From assembly GCA_964416435.1 (NCBI GenBank), contig CAYQEG010000008.1, forward strand, positions 7,120-71,119: DNA of 64,000 nucleotides, read 5' to 3'. This DNA is from an uncultured Rickettsiales bacterium. Lineage in GTDB: Bacteria > Myxococcota_A > UBA796 > UBA9615. The translations under genes were made by a program, and so were the position numbers. The notes beneath the pieces are model-generated. The model ran no database searches. It had not been told where the DNA came from and saw only the letters and a program-made list of their open reading frames with translations. This document shows, piece after piece, positions 1 through 9,413 of the stretch; the first letter of the stretch is position 1; each line of letters begins with the position of its first letter.

Positions 1-2229
1 AGCCATCGCCCGTTGACCCGCACCGGGGACCCGACGGTTCCGGCCCCGCCCGTCAGCTGGCCGCAAGCCTCCGCCCCGATCGCCCGGGCGACCGCACAGC
101 GCACCGCCGCGTCGGCCCCCGTCGCCACGACCCGAGCGCTGACGCGCCAGGCGCGCCCCGAGACCGCCGCCCGGTTCTCGACCCCGCCCGCGTCGAGCGC
201 GATCTTCGCGGCGTCGACCCCGACCGCGTCGCAGGCCGTCGCGTCCCGCCGATCCGCCCCGACTCCGCTGAGCCGGCTGCTCGAGTCCAGCCCGTCGGTC
301 GCCAGCTCCGCGCCGGTCAGCCGCGCGGCGGCGCGCGCGTCCGAGGCGGCTCGTCCCTGGAGCGCACCTGCGTCCACCTCCCCGGTCGCCCGCACGCTCG
401 GTCGCTCGGCCGTGCCGCCGACCGCGCCGACCGCGCGTCGTCGCTTCTCGGGCCCCGGCCCCCTCGAACTGCAGCTGCCCGACGCGCCCCCCAGCTTCGC
501 GACGCCCGTCGCCGAAGCGGCCGTCGAGCCGACCATCGCGCCGACGGCGGCGCCGCCCGCCCCGACCGCGCCCGTCTCCGTGGCCAGCCTCCCGGCGGCC
601 AGCGCACCCCTCGGGGCCGGCGCCTTCGCCGGGCTGACGTCGACCGCCCGCTCCGCCGCCACGCCGGCGTCCCGGCGGGTCTCTCCGGCCAGCCGCGCGC
701 TCCAGCGCTTCGAAGCCCCGGAGTCCACCGCGATCGTGGCCCGGGCGGAAGCCCGCCGGATCACAGGTCCGCCCGCCATGCGACTCGCCGCGCGCCGCGG
801 CCTCGCGTCGGAGCCCGGCGCCGGGTTCGCTCCGACCGCATCCCTGAGCGTCGCGGCCGGCCTCGGCCGCCAGGTCGGCGTACGGCAGGCCCGACGCGGC
901 GCCTTCGACGCGCCGCTCCCGTCGATGTCGCCCGAGTGGTTCGCCCCGACGGTCGAGGCGGCAGCGCAGCAAGCCGCGCCGGCGGTCGAGGCGCCCGCCG
1001 CACCGGCGACCGCGACCCCGGTCCCGCCCGTCACCTTCCCCGCCCCGTCGGCCCCGGTCGCGCGCACGATCGCGCGGGCGTTCGAGCCGTCGGACGGCCC
1101 CTCCGCCACGCCCGCGGCCCGACGTACCGCCACCGCCTCGCCGCTGAGCCGTGCCTTCGAGCGCGCCGGTCTGCCGAGCGCGAGCGCCCCGATCGCCCGC
1201 GCCGGTGGCGGCCTCCCGCAGCCGTCCGCGACGGTCGCGGTGAGCGCCCGAGCGCTCGCCCGAACGGCCTCCGCGAAGCGCTCCGTCGCGCGCGCCCGGC
1301 CGCTCACCGGTCGGTTCGACCCGGTGCTGCCGTCGATTCCGCCCCAGGCGGTCGCCCGCGCCGAGGTCCAGGCCACCCCGGAGGCCTTCGCGGCTCGGCC
1401 CGTCACCGACGACGCCCCCGCCGCTGCTCCTTCGGCCCTCCCGGGGTCGAGCGCGCTGCGCGCCGCGGCCGCCGGCCCGGCCGCTCGCTCGACCGCCACC
1501 GTCGCCACGTCGTCGGTCGCCCGGGCGCTCGCCCGCGCGTCCACGCCCGCGGCTCAGCCCGGTTGGGACCCGTGGACCGGCGCCCCCGTCGCGACGCCCG
1601 TCGCCGGGCTGCCGTGGGCCGGTGCCCCGACGGCCGCGACCGGGTCGTCGCCGTACGTCGGCGCTTCGCTGTCCCGGACGGCGTCCCACCCGCTGACCGG
1701 CGCCCCCTCGGCCGTCGCCCGCAGCGGTGGCTGGACGGGCGCGTCGACGGCCGACCCGGCCTACCGCTCGGTCCCCGGCGCTGCCCGGGCCGACGCCAGC
1801 TACTCCGCCTGGCAGGGCGCCCCCGCCGCCCGGCGGACCGGCTTCCGCCGCGCCGCTTCGATGGAGCTGGTCAGCTTCGCGGGCCTGCCTCCCGCGGTCG
1901 CGCAGCCCGACGTCGCTCCGGTGGCCGCCTGGGCCGCGCGGTCCGTCGACCCCGCCACGGGAGCGGTCATCACGACGCCGACCGGCCCCGCCGGCTCGAC
2001 GGCCACGCGCGCGGCCGCCCGCTCCGCCGACGGCCGGCCCCCCTCCGCCGCGGCCCGACGGTCGGCCAGCCTGCCGCTCCCGACGGCCAGCGCGCCCCTC
2101 GCTCGAGGCGCCGTCCGTAGCGTCGCCGGGTCGGCCCCCCGCGGCCTCGCCCGCGCGCTGCAGCGTGACGCCGAGACGCCTTCGCGGCTCGAGCCGCGAT
2201 CGCCGGTGGGGAGCTCCCCACGGCCCTGA
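1..2229 (+). CDS. Ala/Pro/Arg/Ser-rich low-complexity protein, 5'-partial (frame open to window start)
   Basis: ORF 13..2229 begins at a TTG and its frame stays open back to nt 1. The third-codon position is very GC-rich, consistent with coding. The translation is low-complexity with recurring S/A-P-x-x-R-A motifs. No recognisable domain. Confidence 0.4.
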   Translation, partial: SHRPLTRTGDPTVPAPPVSWPQASAPIARATAQRTAASAPVATTRALTRQARPETAARFSTPPASSAIFAASTPTASQAVASRRSAPTPLSRLLESSPSVASSAPVSRAAARASEAARPWSAPASTSPVARTLGRSAVPPTAPTARRRFSGPGPLELQLPDAPPSFATPVAEAAVEPTIAPTAAPPAPTAPVSVASLPAASAPLGAGAFAGLTSTARSAATPASRRVSPASRALQRFEAPESTAIVARAEARRITGPPAMRLAARRGLASEPGAGFAPTASLSVAAGLGRQVGVRQARRGAFDAPLPSMSPEWFAPTVEAAAQQAAPAVEAPAAPATATPVPPVTFPAPSAPVARTIARAFEPSDGPSATPAARRTATASPLSRAFERAGLPSASAPIARAGGGLPQPSATVAVSARALARTASAKRSVARARPLTGRFDPVLPSIPPQAVARAEVQATPEAFAARPVTDDAPAAAPSALPGSSALRAAAAGPAARSTATVATSSVARALARASTPAAQPGWDPWTGAPVATPVAGLPWAGAPTAATGSSPYVGASLSRTASHPLTGAPSAVARSGGWTGASTADPAYRSVPGAARADASYSAWQGAPAARRTGFRRAASMELVSFAGLPPAVAQPDVAPVAAWAARSVDPATGAVITTPTGPAGSTATRAAARSADGRPPSAAARRSASLPLPTASAPLARGAVRSVAGSAPRGLARALQRDAETPSRLEPRSPVGSSPRP

Positions 2230-2240
2230 TCCCGGCGCTG

Positions 2241-2885
2241 ATGCGCGACGTGGACGACGACGGCGCCGCCGCCATCCTGGGCCGGGCCGGTGAAGCCGCC
2301 GCCCGACGACTCGGAGCGCCCACGGCGACCGGCGCCCTTCCGGGCGTCGCTTCGACCGCCACGGTCGCCCGCCAGGCCAAGCGCCGACCGATGACGTCGA
2401 GCACGCTCGCGTCGCTCAAGGGGCTGCGCGCCGGCGACCCGGCGCCGGCCGACTTCTCGGCCTCCGCGTCCCCGGCGGACCAGCCGCTCGCGGACGGCTC
2501 CCGGCTCGTGCGCACGGCCGCCCGGCGACTCTCTGCGACCACCGAAGCGGTGCGCACCGCCGACGTCGCCCGGGCAGCCGAGACGCTCGCCCGCGCCCCG
2601 CAGTCCCAGGGTCCGAAGATCAGCCGCCGCGACGTGCGCGAGCTGGTCCGCAAGGAGGTCGCCGACCTGACGACGATCTCCGCCCCGGCGCCGGTCGTGC
2701 ACCGCTCCGACATCCAGCGGCAGGTCGCCGCCGCCGCCGCCGACGGCGTGGCCCGGGAGGCCAGCCCCTCGACCCAGGCCGGAGGTGCTGCGGCCGCCGC
2801 GCGCGACCTCCAGGACTTCATGAAGCGCATCGTGCGCCGCATGGAGAAGCTGGATCGGATCCGGTCGGAGCGCGAAGTCGGCTGA
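2241..2885 (+). CDS. hypothetical protein (214 aa)
   Basis: ATG ORF with high GC3 and non-repetitive C-terminal half (..DLQDFMKRIVRRMEKLDRIRSEREVG). No recognisable motif. Confidence 0.5.
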   Translation: MRDVDDDGAAAILGRAGEAAARRLGAPTATGALPGVASTATVARQAKRRPMTSSTLASLKGLRAGDPAPADFSASASPADQPLADGSRLVRTAARRLSATTEAVRTADVARAAETLARAPQSQGPKISRRDVRELVRKEVADLTTISAPAPVVHRSDIQRQVAAAAADGVAREASPSTQAGGAAAAARDLQDFMKRIVRRMEKLDRIRSEREVG

Positions 2886-2887
2886 CG

Positions 2888-2914
2888 CGCGAGGCCGCCC
2901 GAAGAGGCCTCGCG
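2888..2914. terminator. bidirectional terminator-like hairpin between convergent genes
   Basis: Perfect inverted repeat CGCGAGGCC-(9 nt loop)-GGCCTCGCG, immediately after the stop of 2241..2885 and before the stop of the convergent minus-strand gene at 2916. No T-run follows. Confidence 0.3.
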
Positions 2915-2915
2915 G

Positions 2916-5816
2916 CTACTGGCAGCGGCCCCCGGAGAGCCCGTAGAGCTTGCTCAGTTCGGGGGCCTTGGCCTGGAAGCCGAGGTCGTCGACGAACACC
3001 GTGATGGCGTAGCAGCCCGCGGCGCGGCCCTTGAACTTCGCGCCGATCGTGTACTTCTGGACCACGCCCTTGGACGGCAGCCCATCGCTGCCCTCGTAGA
3101 CGAACTGCAGCAGGCTGTCCCCCTTGACCGTCGCCGCGGACCAGCGGCCGGTGGCGCCTCCGTCAGCGCACTCGCCCTTGTCGCCCTTGGCCGGATCGAA
3201 CGTCGGGCGCATCGGCGCGTCACCGACCCGGGCGCGACCCTCGAGCTTGGCGCCCTCGGGGTTGGCGATCATCACGCAGATCTTGTGCTCGGTGCTGACC
3301 GAGGCCGCGACGGTGCCGGTCAGGCTGACCGCCACGACGAGCTTGCTCCCGGTGGGCGGCTGGACCTCGACGTAGACCCGGTCGCCGGACGCCTGGGCCT
3401 GCAGCGCCTCGACCACCGCCGGCTCGCGCATGAGGCTCGTCACGTGGCGGGTCAGGTCCGCGGTCACCCCGGCGTCGATCGGCAGCGTCGCGACGATGGC
3501 GCCGCGGCGGCTCTGCCGGAACCGGAGGGTCCAGGTGCCGTCGGTGCTGCTCCCGCCGGAGATCTCCAGGGGGTTGGCGAACGCGTTCCGACCGGTGTCG
3601 AACGTCGCCTGTTCCACCACCTTGCCCGAGTGCCAGCGCCAACTGCCGGCCGCCGGCGGGCTGGTCGTCCCCCCGCGATCGGGCGTCGGCTCCCCACCCG
3701 GCGCGAGGTTCTCGGGCTCCTCCTCCAGGGGCGTCGGGGCCACGATCCGCAGCGACTCCGAGCGGCGCAGGAAGCTCAGCTCGTCGTCGATGAACAGCTC
3801 CGCTCCCTGCGGCAGGATGATGATGTCCGCGTCGACGACCTCACCGGGGGCTCCCCACAGCCGGTCCCAGTTCCCGCCCTGACGCTGCACTGAGAAGGTG
3901 TACACCCCGTCGCCGCCCGAGCTGCGGTCGAGCCGCTGGCGCTTCAGCCCCTCCTCCGCGATGAGCCACACCTCGATCGGCTGGATGGTCGACTCGGCGT
4001 AGGCGTCCCTCTTCTGGAGCCGCAGGAGCGCCGCGGACTCCGACTCGGCGTCGGAGAACGGGACGCAGGCGATGCCCGGGTTCCAGCCCGCGCCGCAGCC
4101 GGTGAACGTGTAGGCGTAGGGCTCGCCCAGCGCGAGCACGTCGGCCCCCGGGCCGCCGTCCCCGCCCGACTGGGTGGGGTCAGCGTCCTGGCGCGCCTGG
4201 AGCATGTTGAGCACAGCCAACCCCGCCACCAGCGCGGCGAGGGCGGCGAGCAGGAGGCCGACCAGCACGAGGCCCCGGCGGTCGCTGGCGGGAGCCTCCT
4301 CGTCTTCCTCTTCCCCCTCCTCGGCCATCGCGCCCCAGTCGATTCCGGATCCGGTCCCCTCGGGCGCCGGCGCCGACGCCCGGGCCGGGGCCGGCATCGG
4401 CTCCTCGTCGTCGAACGTCTGGGCGAGCTCCTTCATGCGCGCCGACTGGGCCGACGTGCCGATCTGGGAGGGCGGCACGGGGCTCGGAGGCAGCAAGCAG
4501 GGCTCGCGCTCGACGGTGAACACCGGCTCCGCGATCGGTTCCCAGCGGTCGTTGGGGCGCAGCGACGGCGGGGCGATCGCCTGGAGCGACATGAGCGGCA
4601 CCGGCCGGCTCATCTTGTTCTGGGCGAACACCTGGAACAGCAGCGTGTCCTCTTCGATGCCCGGGTAGAGCACCAGCCCGACCTGGAACGGCACCTCGTC
4701 GAGGTCGTACCCGACCTCCCCGAGGAACAGCGCGATGCGGATGTTGTGCTCGACCGGGTCGTAGGTGTCCCCCTCGCTGAACCGGTGGGGGGAGACGATC
4801 CGGACGACCCCCAGGATCTTCTGCTCCCCGGTGGCGGGGAACGTGGCGGCCATGAAGCGCAGCGCGCCGACCAGGTCCTGGCGCTCCTTGTCGGGGTCTT
4901 CGCCCAGGTGGCCCAGGAACCGGACGCGCTTGATCGTGACGTGGTTGCCGGTCTTGGCGCCGAGCAGGACGCCGATCCGGTCCTGGTGCGTCTCGACGAC
5001 CGCGCTGGCCATACCTTCGAGGATGGAGGCGACCGGCCCCTCGGCGCGGTCCTGCCCCAACGTCAGCCAGTCCGGCGCCTCCTTGCGGACCATGCCGACC
5101 TGGTGCAGGACCGGCGTGTCGTCCTGGGCGTCGTCGTCGTCGCCGTCCCCTTCACCCTCCTCGACCCCCTCAGCCTCTACGACTTGAAACTTCCAGGGGA
5201 GCGCCGCCGTCACCTCCCTCCGGCTCTTGGCTCCGAAGAGGTGCAGCCCCGGGAGCAGCGGCGTACCCCCGCCCCGGTTGACGAAGTAGCCGACGGACGT
5301 GTCCGCAGTGCCCAGCTTGGGCGCGAGCACCAGGGCGAACTGGTAGGGCCGGTGGAAGTCGCGGTGGGTACGGAGGTCGTACCGGGACAGGAACACCGAC
5401 ATGTTGGGGTGGGTGTGGTACCAGCCCAGGAGCAGCAGCTCCTCTCCTGCTTCCTTGGAGAGGTTCTCCATCTGGTCGATGAGGTCGTCCCAGACGGAGT
5501 ACGTGAACTTGAAGTGCACCGGCGAGCTGTCTTCGTCGCGGGCGACCGCGATGTGGCTCACCTTGATGAGCGAGTTGTCCTCGCTGGTGGTGCCCAGGAG
5601 GATCCCGGCGACCTCCTTGTCGATCTGGATCGAGCGCTGGGACTCGAACTGGAGCCGGCGCGCGACCTCCCAATCGAGGTAGAGCGTGGGCATCTCCGCG
5701 TCGATGTTCTCTTCCGCGACAGCCCCGACATACAGCGTTTTCGCAGGCACGGCGAACCGGACCGACGAGTCGCCGGTCTCCTCTTCCATGAAGATCGGTT
5801 CATCCACCGAGGTCAT
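2916..5816 (-). CDS. membrane protein with N-terminal tandem MPN+/MPN- (JAMM metalloprotease) domains and large C-terminal extracytoplasmic Cys-containing domain
   Basis: Translation from MTSVDEPIFMEEE contains the JAMM motif E...HTHPNMSVFLSRYD (HxHx7Sx2D). A second MPN-like domain without HxH follows. Then one TM segment (GLVLVGLLLAALAALVAGLAVLNML) and about 500 aa of Cys-containing domain. The ORF-track N-terminal extension to 7838 is antisense to the FHA-SLT gene and was rejected. Start ATG at 5816. Confidence 0.8.
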   Translation of the reverse strand: MTSVDEPIFMEEETGDSSVRFAVPAKTLYVGAVAEENIDAEMPTLYLDWEVARRLQFESQRSIQIDKEVAGILLGTTSEDNSLIKVSHIAVARDEDSSPVHFKFTYSVWDDLIDQMENLSKEAGEELLLLGWYHTHPNMSVFLSRYDLRTHRDFHRPYQFALVLAPKLGTADTSVGYFVNRGGGTPLLPGLHLFGAKSRREVTAALPWKFQVVEAEGVEEGEGDGDDDDAQDDTPVLHQVGMVRKEAPDWLTLGQDRAEGPVASILEGMASAVVETHQDRIGVLLGAKTGNHVTIKRVRFLGHLGEDPDKERQDLVGALRFMAATFPATGEQKILGVVRIVSPHRFSEGDTYDPVEHNIRIALFLGEVGYDLDEVPFQVGLVLYPGIEEDTLLFQVFAQNKMSRPVPLMSLQAIAPPSLRPNDRWEPIAEPVFTVEREPCLLPPSPVPPSQIGTSAQSARMKELAQTFDDEEPMPAPARASAPAPEGTGSGIDWGAMAEEGEEEDEEAPASDRRGLVLVGLLLAALAALVAGLAVLNMLQARQDADPTQSGGDGGPGADVLALGEPYAYTFTGCGAGWNPGIACVPFSDAESESAALLRLQKRDAYAESTIQPIEVWLIAEEGLKRQRLDRSSGGDGVYTFSVQRQGGNWDRLWGAPGEVVDADIIILPQGAELFIDDELSFLRRSESLRIVAPTPLEEEPENLAPGGEPTPDRGGTTSPPAAGSWRWHSGKVVEQATFDTGRNAFANPLEISGGSSTDGTWTLRFRQSRRGAIVATLPIDAGVTADLTRHVTSLMREPAVVEALQAQASGDRVYVEVQPPTGSKLVVAVSLTGTVAASVSTEHKICVMIANPEGAKLEGRARVGDAPMRPTFDPAKGDKGECADGGATGRWSAATVKGDSLLQFVYEGSDGLPSKGVVQKYTIGAKFKGRAAGCYAITVFVDDLGFQAKAPELSKLYGLSGGRCQ

Positions 5817-5957
5817 GCGCGCCGCTCTGGGGTGGGCGTTCGGCCGAAATTGACAAGCAACACGGCCTCTTACAGACTTCCGATTGATATCACGGGGGGT
5901 CGGTGTGCCACAAGACGGGCGCCCCGCTGGCCCACCCCCCCGAAGAACGCTGGGACC
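5817..5957. promoter_or_regulatory. divergent intergenic promoter region (JAMM gene / FHA-SLT gene)
   Basis: 141-bp gap between divergently oriented starts at 5816 (-) and 5958 (+). Confidence 0.3.
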
Positions 5958-7676
5958 ATGCCAGACCGGATCCGCTTCACCCTCATCGAGGACGGCGAAG
6001 ACGTACGCCCGTACGACTTCGATACCCAGACCGTTCAGATCGGTGCGGATCCCGATCGCGGTGACAACCTCCTGATCCCGCTGCCGCCCCGGCTGCGCCA
6101 CGTGCGCGCCAAGATCCTCCGCCAGGCCGACTACGTCGAACTCGAGGTCAAGGGCGGCCCCATCTGGGTCCAGGGCTCCCGGCTGGAGGAGGGCGACGCC
6201 GTCGAGCTGAACGTCGGCGACCTGCTCGTCTTCGGCACCCGCAAGCCCCGCGGCGTCCGCCTCCGGTTCGAGTACGCCACCGAAGCCGCGATCGTGATCG
6301 ACGACGTGGCGGACTGGACCGCCTCCGCCGCCCCCAAGAAGAAGCGAGGTTCGGCGGCCGAGGACGACGCGTTCGCGTTCGAGGAGGAGGTCGACCCGAC
6401 CGCGGGGATGAACCCGTACCAGAAGGCCCTGTTCTGGTACCGGAAGCAGTACGCGAAGTTCGCCAAGTGGCGCAAGAAGGCGGCCCGGGTCAGCTACTGG
6501 GTCAGCACGATCGGGATCGTCTGGTCCAAGGTCGGCAAGGTCGTCACCCTGGTCGGCGGCGTGGCGATCCTCGGAGGCGGCTGGTTCATGGAGAGCAAGG
6601 ACCGCAAGGAGGCCGAAGAGGCGGAGGAGGTGGCCGTCACCGACGAAGCGGCCGCCGTCCGGGCGGAGCGGGAGGCGTTCCTCGCCCAGACCGAGATCCA
6701 GCGCCAGATGCGCGAGTGCAACTGCCCCGGCTCCCCGGGCGTCGACCAGGTCGAGCTCGACGGCGCTGAGGCGCTGCTGACGGCGTTCGCGTCGGACGAG
6801 ACGTTCGCCCCCCAGCGCCGCATCCCGATGCCCGGCGGCGAATCCCAGAGCCTCGCCGGCCTGGTCGGCGGCTACATCGTGACCGCCTCGCGCAGCAAGA
6901 CGACCATTCGCGCGACGCGCGACCGCATCTGCAGCTCCCTGGACGGTCGGCGCATGCAGACGGTCGACACCGAGCGCCAGAACCTCGGGCTCGACCCCGT
7001 GTACAGCTACCTGCCGTTCGTCGAGTCGAACTGGTGCAGCCTGTCGGTCGATATCTACGGTCGTCGGGGGATGATGCAGCTGACGCCCTCTTCGGCGCGT
7101 CGGGCGTTCGAGCTCGTCGACGGCATGACCCCGGACATCCCGAAGGTCGACGTCGAAGAGCACATGGCCTGGCTGGAGGAGAAGGGCGGCCGCTACGGCG
7201 GCCCCTACGGCCTGCTCGCCAAGTGCCCCCAGGGCGCCCGGGACGAGTACTCGCAGACCTTCTACGAGGGGGTGAAGCACCCCGACCACCCCGAGCGCAT
7301 CGACCCGGAGGACCCCCGGACCGACTGGCAGGCGTCGATGAAGGCGGGGCTGCTGCTGCTGCAAGAGATCGACGAGGGCTACCGGGAGCGCGGTTTCCGC
7401 CCCGTCGACAGCGTGCTGCTGACCCTCGCCGCCTACGACATGGGCCACGACGGGGTCGAGGCCTGGATCAAGGCGGCGGCCAAGGGCTACAAGATCGAGG
7501 ACCGCGCCGCGCTGTCCTACACCCACGTGTACGGCGGCGCGATCGCGGTCGCCGCCAAGGAGGACGACCCCGACCGGGCCGCGCGCATCCTCGAGGGCGC
7601 CAAGGCGCCGGCGAAGGCGATGGCCTTCTTCCTGGTCGCGCAGACCAACCCCGAAATGCTGGCTTGCGAGGACTGA
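5958..7676 (+). CDS. bitopic protein: N-terminal FHA-like domain, TM helix, C-terminal lytic transglycosylase (SLT) domain (paralog 1)
   Basis: MPDRIRFTLIEDGEDVRPYDFDTQTVQIGADPDRGDNLLI..VGDLLVFG..LRFEY has an FHA-like pattern. TM segment WVSTIGIVWSKVGKVVTLVGGVAILGGGWF. SLT motifs FVESNWCSL..GRRGMMQLT and AAYDMGHDGV. 60-70% identical to the next gene. Confidence 0.8.
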   Translation: MPDRIRFTLIEDGEDVRPYDFDTQTVQIGADPDRGDNLLIPLPPRLRHVRAKILRQADYVELEVKGGPIWVQGSRLEEGDAVELNVGDLLVFGTRKPRGVRLRFEYATEAAIVIDDVADWTASAAPKKKRGSAAEDDAFAFEEEVDPTAGMNPYQKALFWYRKQYAKFAKWRKKAARVSYWVSTIGIVWSKVGKVVTLVGGVAILGGGWFMESKDRKEAEEAEEVAVTDEAAAVRAEREAFLAQTEIQRQMRECNCPGSPGVDQVELDGAEALLTAFASDETFAPQRRIPMPGGESQSLAGLVGGYIVTASRSKTTIRATRDRICSSLDGRRMQTVDTERQNLGLDPVYSYLPFVESNWCSLSVDIYGRRGMMQLTPSSARRAFELVDGMTPDIPKVDVEEHMAWLEEKGGRYGGPYGLLAKCPQGARDEYSQTFYEGVKHPDHPERIDPEDPRTDWQASMKAGLLLLQEIDEGYRERGFRPVDSVLLTLAAYDMGHDGVEAWIKAAAKGYKIEDRAALSYTHVYGGAIAVAAKEDDPDRAARILEGAKAPAKAMAFFLVAQTNPEMLACED

Positions 7677-7683
7677 CGCGACC

Positions 7684-9393
7684 ATGCCCAGGCTGATCCG
7701 GTTCACGCTGATCGAAGACGAGCAGGACGTGCGTCCGTACGACTTCGACACGCAGACCGTGCAGATCGGCGCCGACCCCGATCGCGGCGACAACCTGCTG
7801 ATCGACCTGCCGCCCCGGCTCAAGCACGTGCGCGCCAAGGTCTTCCGCCAGGAGGACTACGTCGAGATGGAGGTCAAGGGCGGCCCCATCTGGGTGGGCG
7901 GCAGCAAGCTCGAGGACGGCGACGTCGTCGAGCTCAACGTCGGCGACCTGCTGATCTTCGGCACCAAGAAGCCTCGCGGCGTGCGCCTGCGGTTCGAGTA
8001 CGCCACCGAAGCGTCGATCTTCATCGACGACGTGGCCGACTGGAGCGCATCGGCGGCGCCCAAGAAGAAGCGCGGGAAGTCGGCCGAGGACGACCTCACC
8101 TTCGACGAGGAGAAGGACCCCACCGAGGGGATGAACCCCTACCAGAAGGGCGTCTACTTCTACCGTCAGCAGTACGCGAAGTTCGCGAAGTTCCGCAAGA
8201 AGGCGTCACAGCTCGGCTACTGGACCAGCCTCGCCGCGGTCCTGATGAGCAAGGCCCGGGGCATCCTGATGCTCGGGGCCGGCCTCGGCGCCCTCGGATT
8301 CGGCTGGTACAACGCCCACCTGGGGGCCGAGAAGGCCGGGGACGAGCAGGTCATCGCGGAGTCCCGCACCCAGCAGGCCATTCTCGCGCGGGACGAGGCG
8401 CTGCAGGCCCGGGCCGAGCTCGAGGGGCTGCAGGCGGAGTGCGGCTGCGGCCCGGGTGACGAAGGCGGCTCGGCGGTCGCCGCCACCGAGGCGCTCACCA
8501 CCTACTTCGACGACGACAACGGCAACTTCGCTCCCGAGCGCGCCGTCGCCATGCCCGACCGCCAGATGCGCAGCATGGGCGGGCTGGTGGGCCGCTACAT
8601 GACGGTCGCGAGCCGGAACAACCGGCTGATCAACACGACCATCGACCGGGTCTGCGGCGGCGACAAGGACCGCATGGAGGTGGTGCAGCGGGCGCTGGGC
8701 ACATACGACCTGCACGAGGTCTACAGCTTCATCCCGTTCGTCGAGTCCCAGTGGTGTGAGCTCGCCATCTCGTTCACCGGGCCGCGCGGGATGATGCAGT
8801 TCACCCGCGCCACGGCGAAGGAGGCGTTCGGGAAGATCGACCCGACCCAGGCCAACATCCCCAACTTCCCGTTCAAGTCCCACTACGACTGGATGCTTTC
8901 CAAGAGCGGCAAGTACGGCGGCTACTACTCCATGCTCGCCCAGTGCCCCGCCACGGTCCGCGCCGACTACGTCCGCACCTTCTACGACGGGCAGACCAAC
9001 CCCGACTATCCGCGCCGCACCGACCCCCGCGACCCCCGCACCGACTGGGAGTGGGCGTCCAAGGCGGCGTTCAGCTGGCTGGAGACGCTGGACAGCTACT
9101 ACAAGGGCAAGGGCTACGGGGAGACCGACTCGGCGATGCTCGCGATGGCCGCCTACAACCAGGGGCGTTCGATGGTCCAGCGCTGGATCGACAAGGCCGA
9201 GGAGGGCTACCCCGACCAGGCCGACAGCCTGACCTACACGCACATCTACGGCGGCGGCATGAAGCTGCTGATGGAAGAGAAGGACGCGGAACAGAAGCGC
9301 CGCATCAAGGAGGGGATGGAGTACCCCCTCAAGACGTTCGGCTACTACCTGGTGACCGCGCCGAAGCTGGACGCGAAGCGCTGCCGGGACTGA
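7684..9393 (+). CDS. FHA-like / TM / lytic transglycosylase (SLT) protein (paralog 2)
   Basis: MPRLIRFTLIEDEQDVRPYDFDTQTVQIGADPDRGDNLLI.. FHA-like N-terminus. TM WTSLAAVLMSKARGILMLGAGLGALGFGWY. SLT catalytic motifs FVESQWCELAISFTGPRGMMQFT and AAYNQGRSMV, YTHIYGG. Confidence 0.85.
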   Translation: MPRLIRFTLIEDEQDVRPYDFDTQTVQIGADPDRGDNLLIDLPPRLKHVRAKVFRQEDYVEMEVKGGPIWVGGSKLEDGDVVELNVGDLLIFGTKKPRGVRLRFEYATEASIFIDDVADWSASAAPKKKRGKSAEDDLTFDEEKDPTEGMNPYQKGVYFYRQQYAKFAKFRKKASQLGYWTSLAAVLMSKARGILMLGAGLGALGFGWYNAHLGAEKAGDEQVIAESRTQQAILARDEALQARAELEGLQAECGCGPGDEGGSAVAATEALTTYFDDDNGNFAPERAVAMPDRQMRSMGGLVGRYMTVASRNNRLINTTIDRVCGGDKDRMEVVQRALGTYDLHEVYSFIPFVESQWCELAISFTGPRGMMQFTRATAKEAFGKIDPTQANIPNFPFKSHYDWMLSKSGKYGGYYSMLAQCPATVRADYVRTFYDGQTNPDYPRRTDPRDPRTDWEWASKAAFSWLETLDSYYKGKGYGETDSAMLAMAAYNQGRSMVQRWIDKAEEGYPDQADSLTYTHIYGGGMKLLMEEKDAEQKRRIKEGMEYPLKTFGYYLVTAPKLDAKRCRD

Positions 9394-9413
9394 GCGCCCC
9401 GACGGGGCCGCGC

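Noticed and set aside
4746-5957. Upstream 404 codons of plus ORF 4746..7676 (and ORFs 3285..3893, 3430..3882, 4174..4668, 4765..5187)
   Set aside because: They lie antisense inside the JAMM gene. The composition is Arg/Gly/Asp-rich noise. The FHA-like protein begins at MPDRIRF (5958).
5817-7838. N-terminal 674-aa extension of the minus ORF 2916..7838
   Set aside because: Antisense to the FHA-SLT gene 5958..7676. The recognisable JAMM protein starts at the internal ATG at 5816 with a proper intergenic region upstream.
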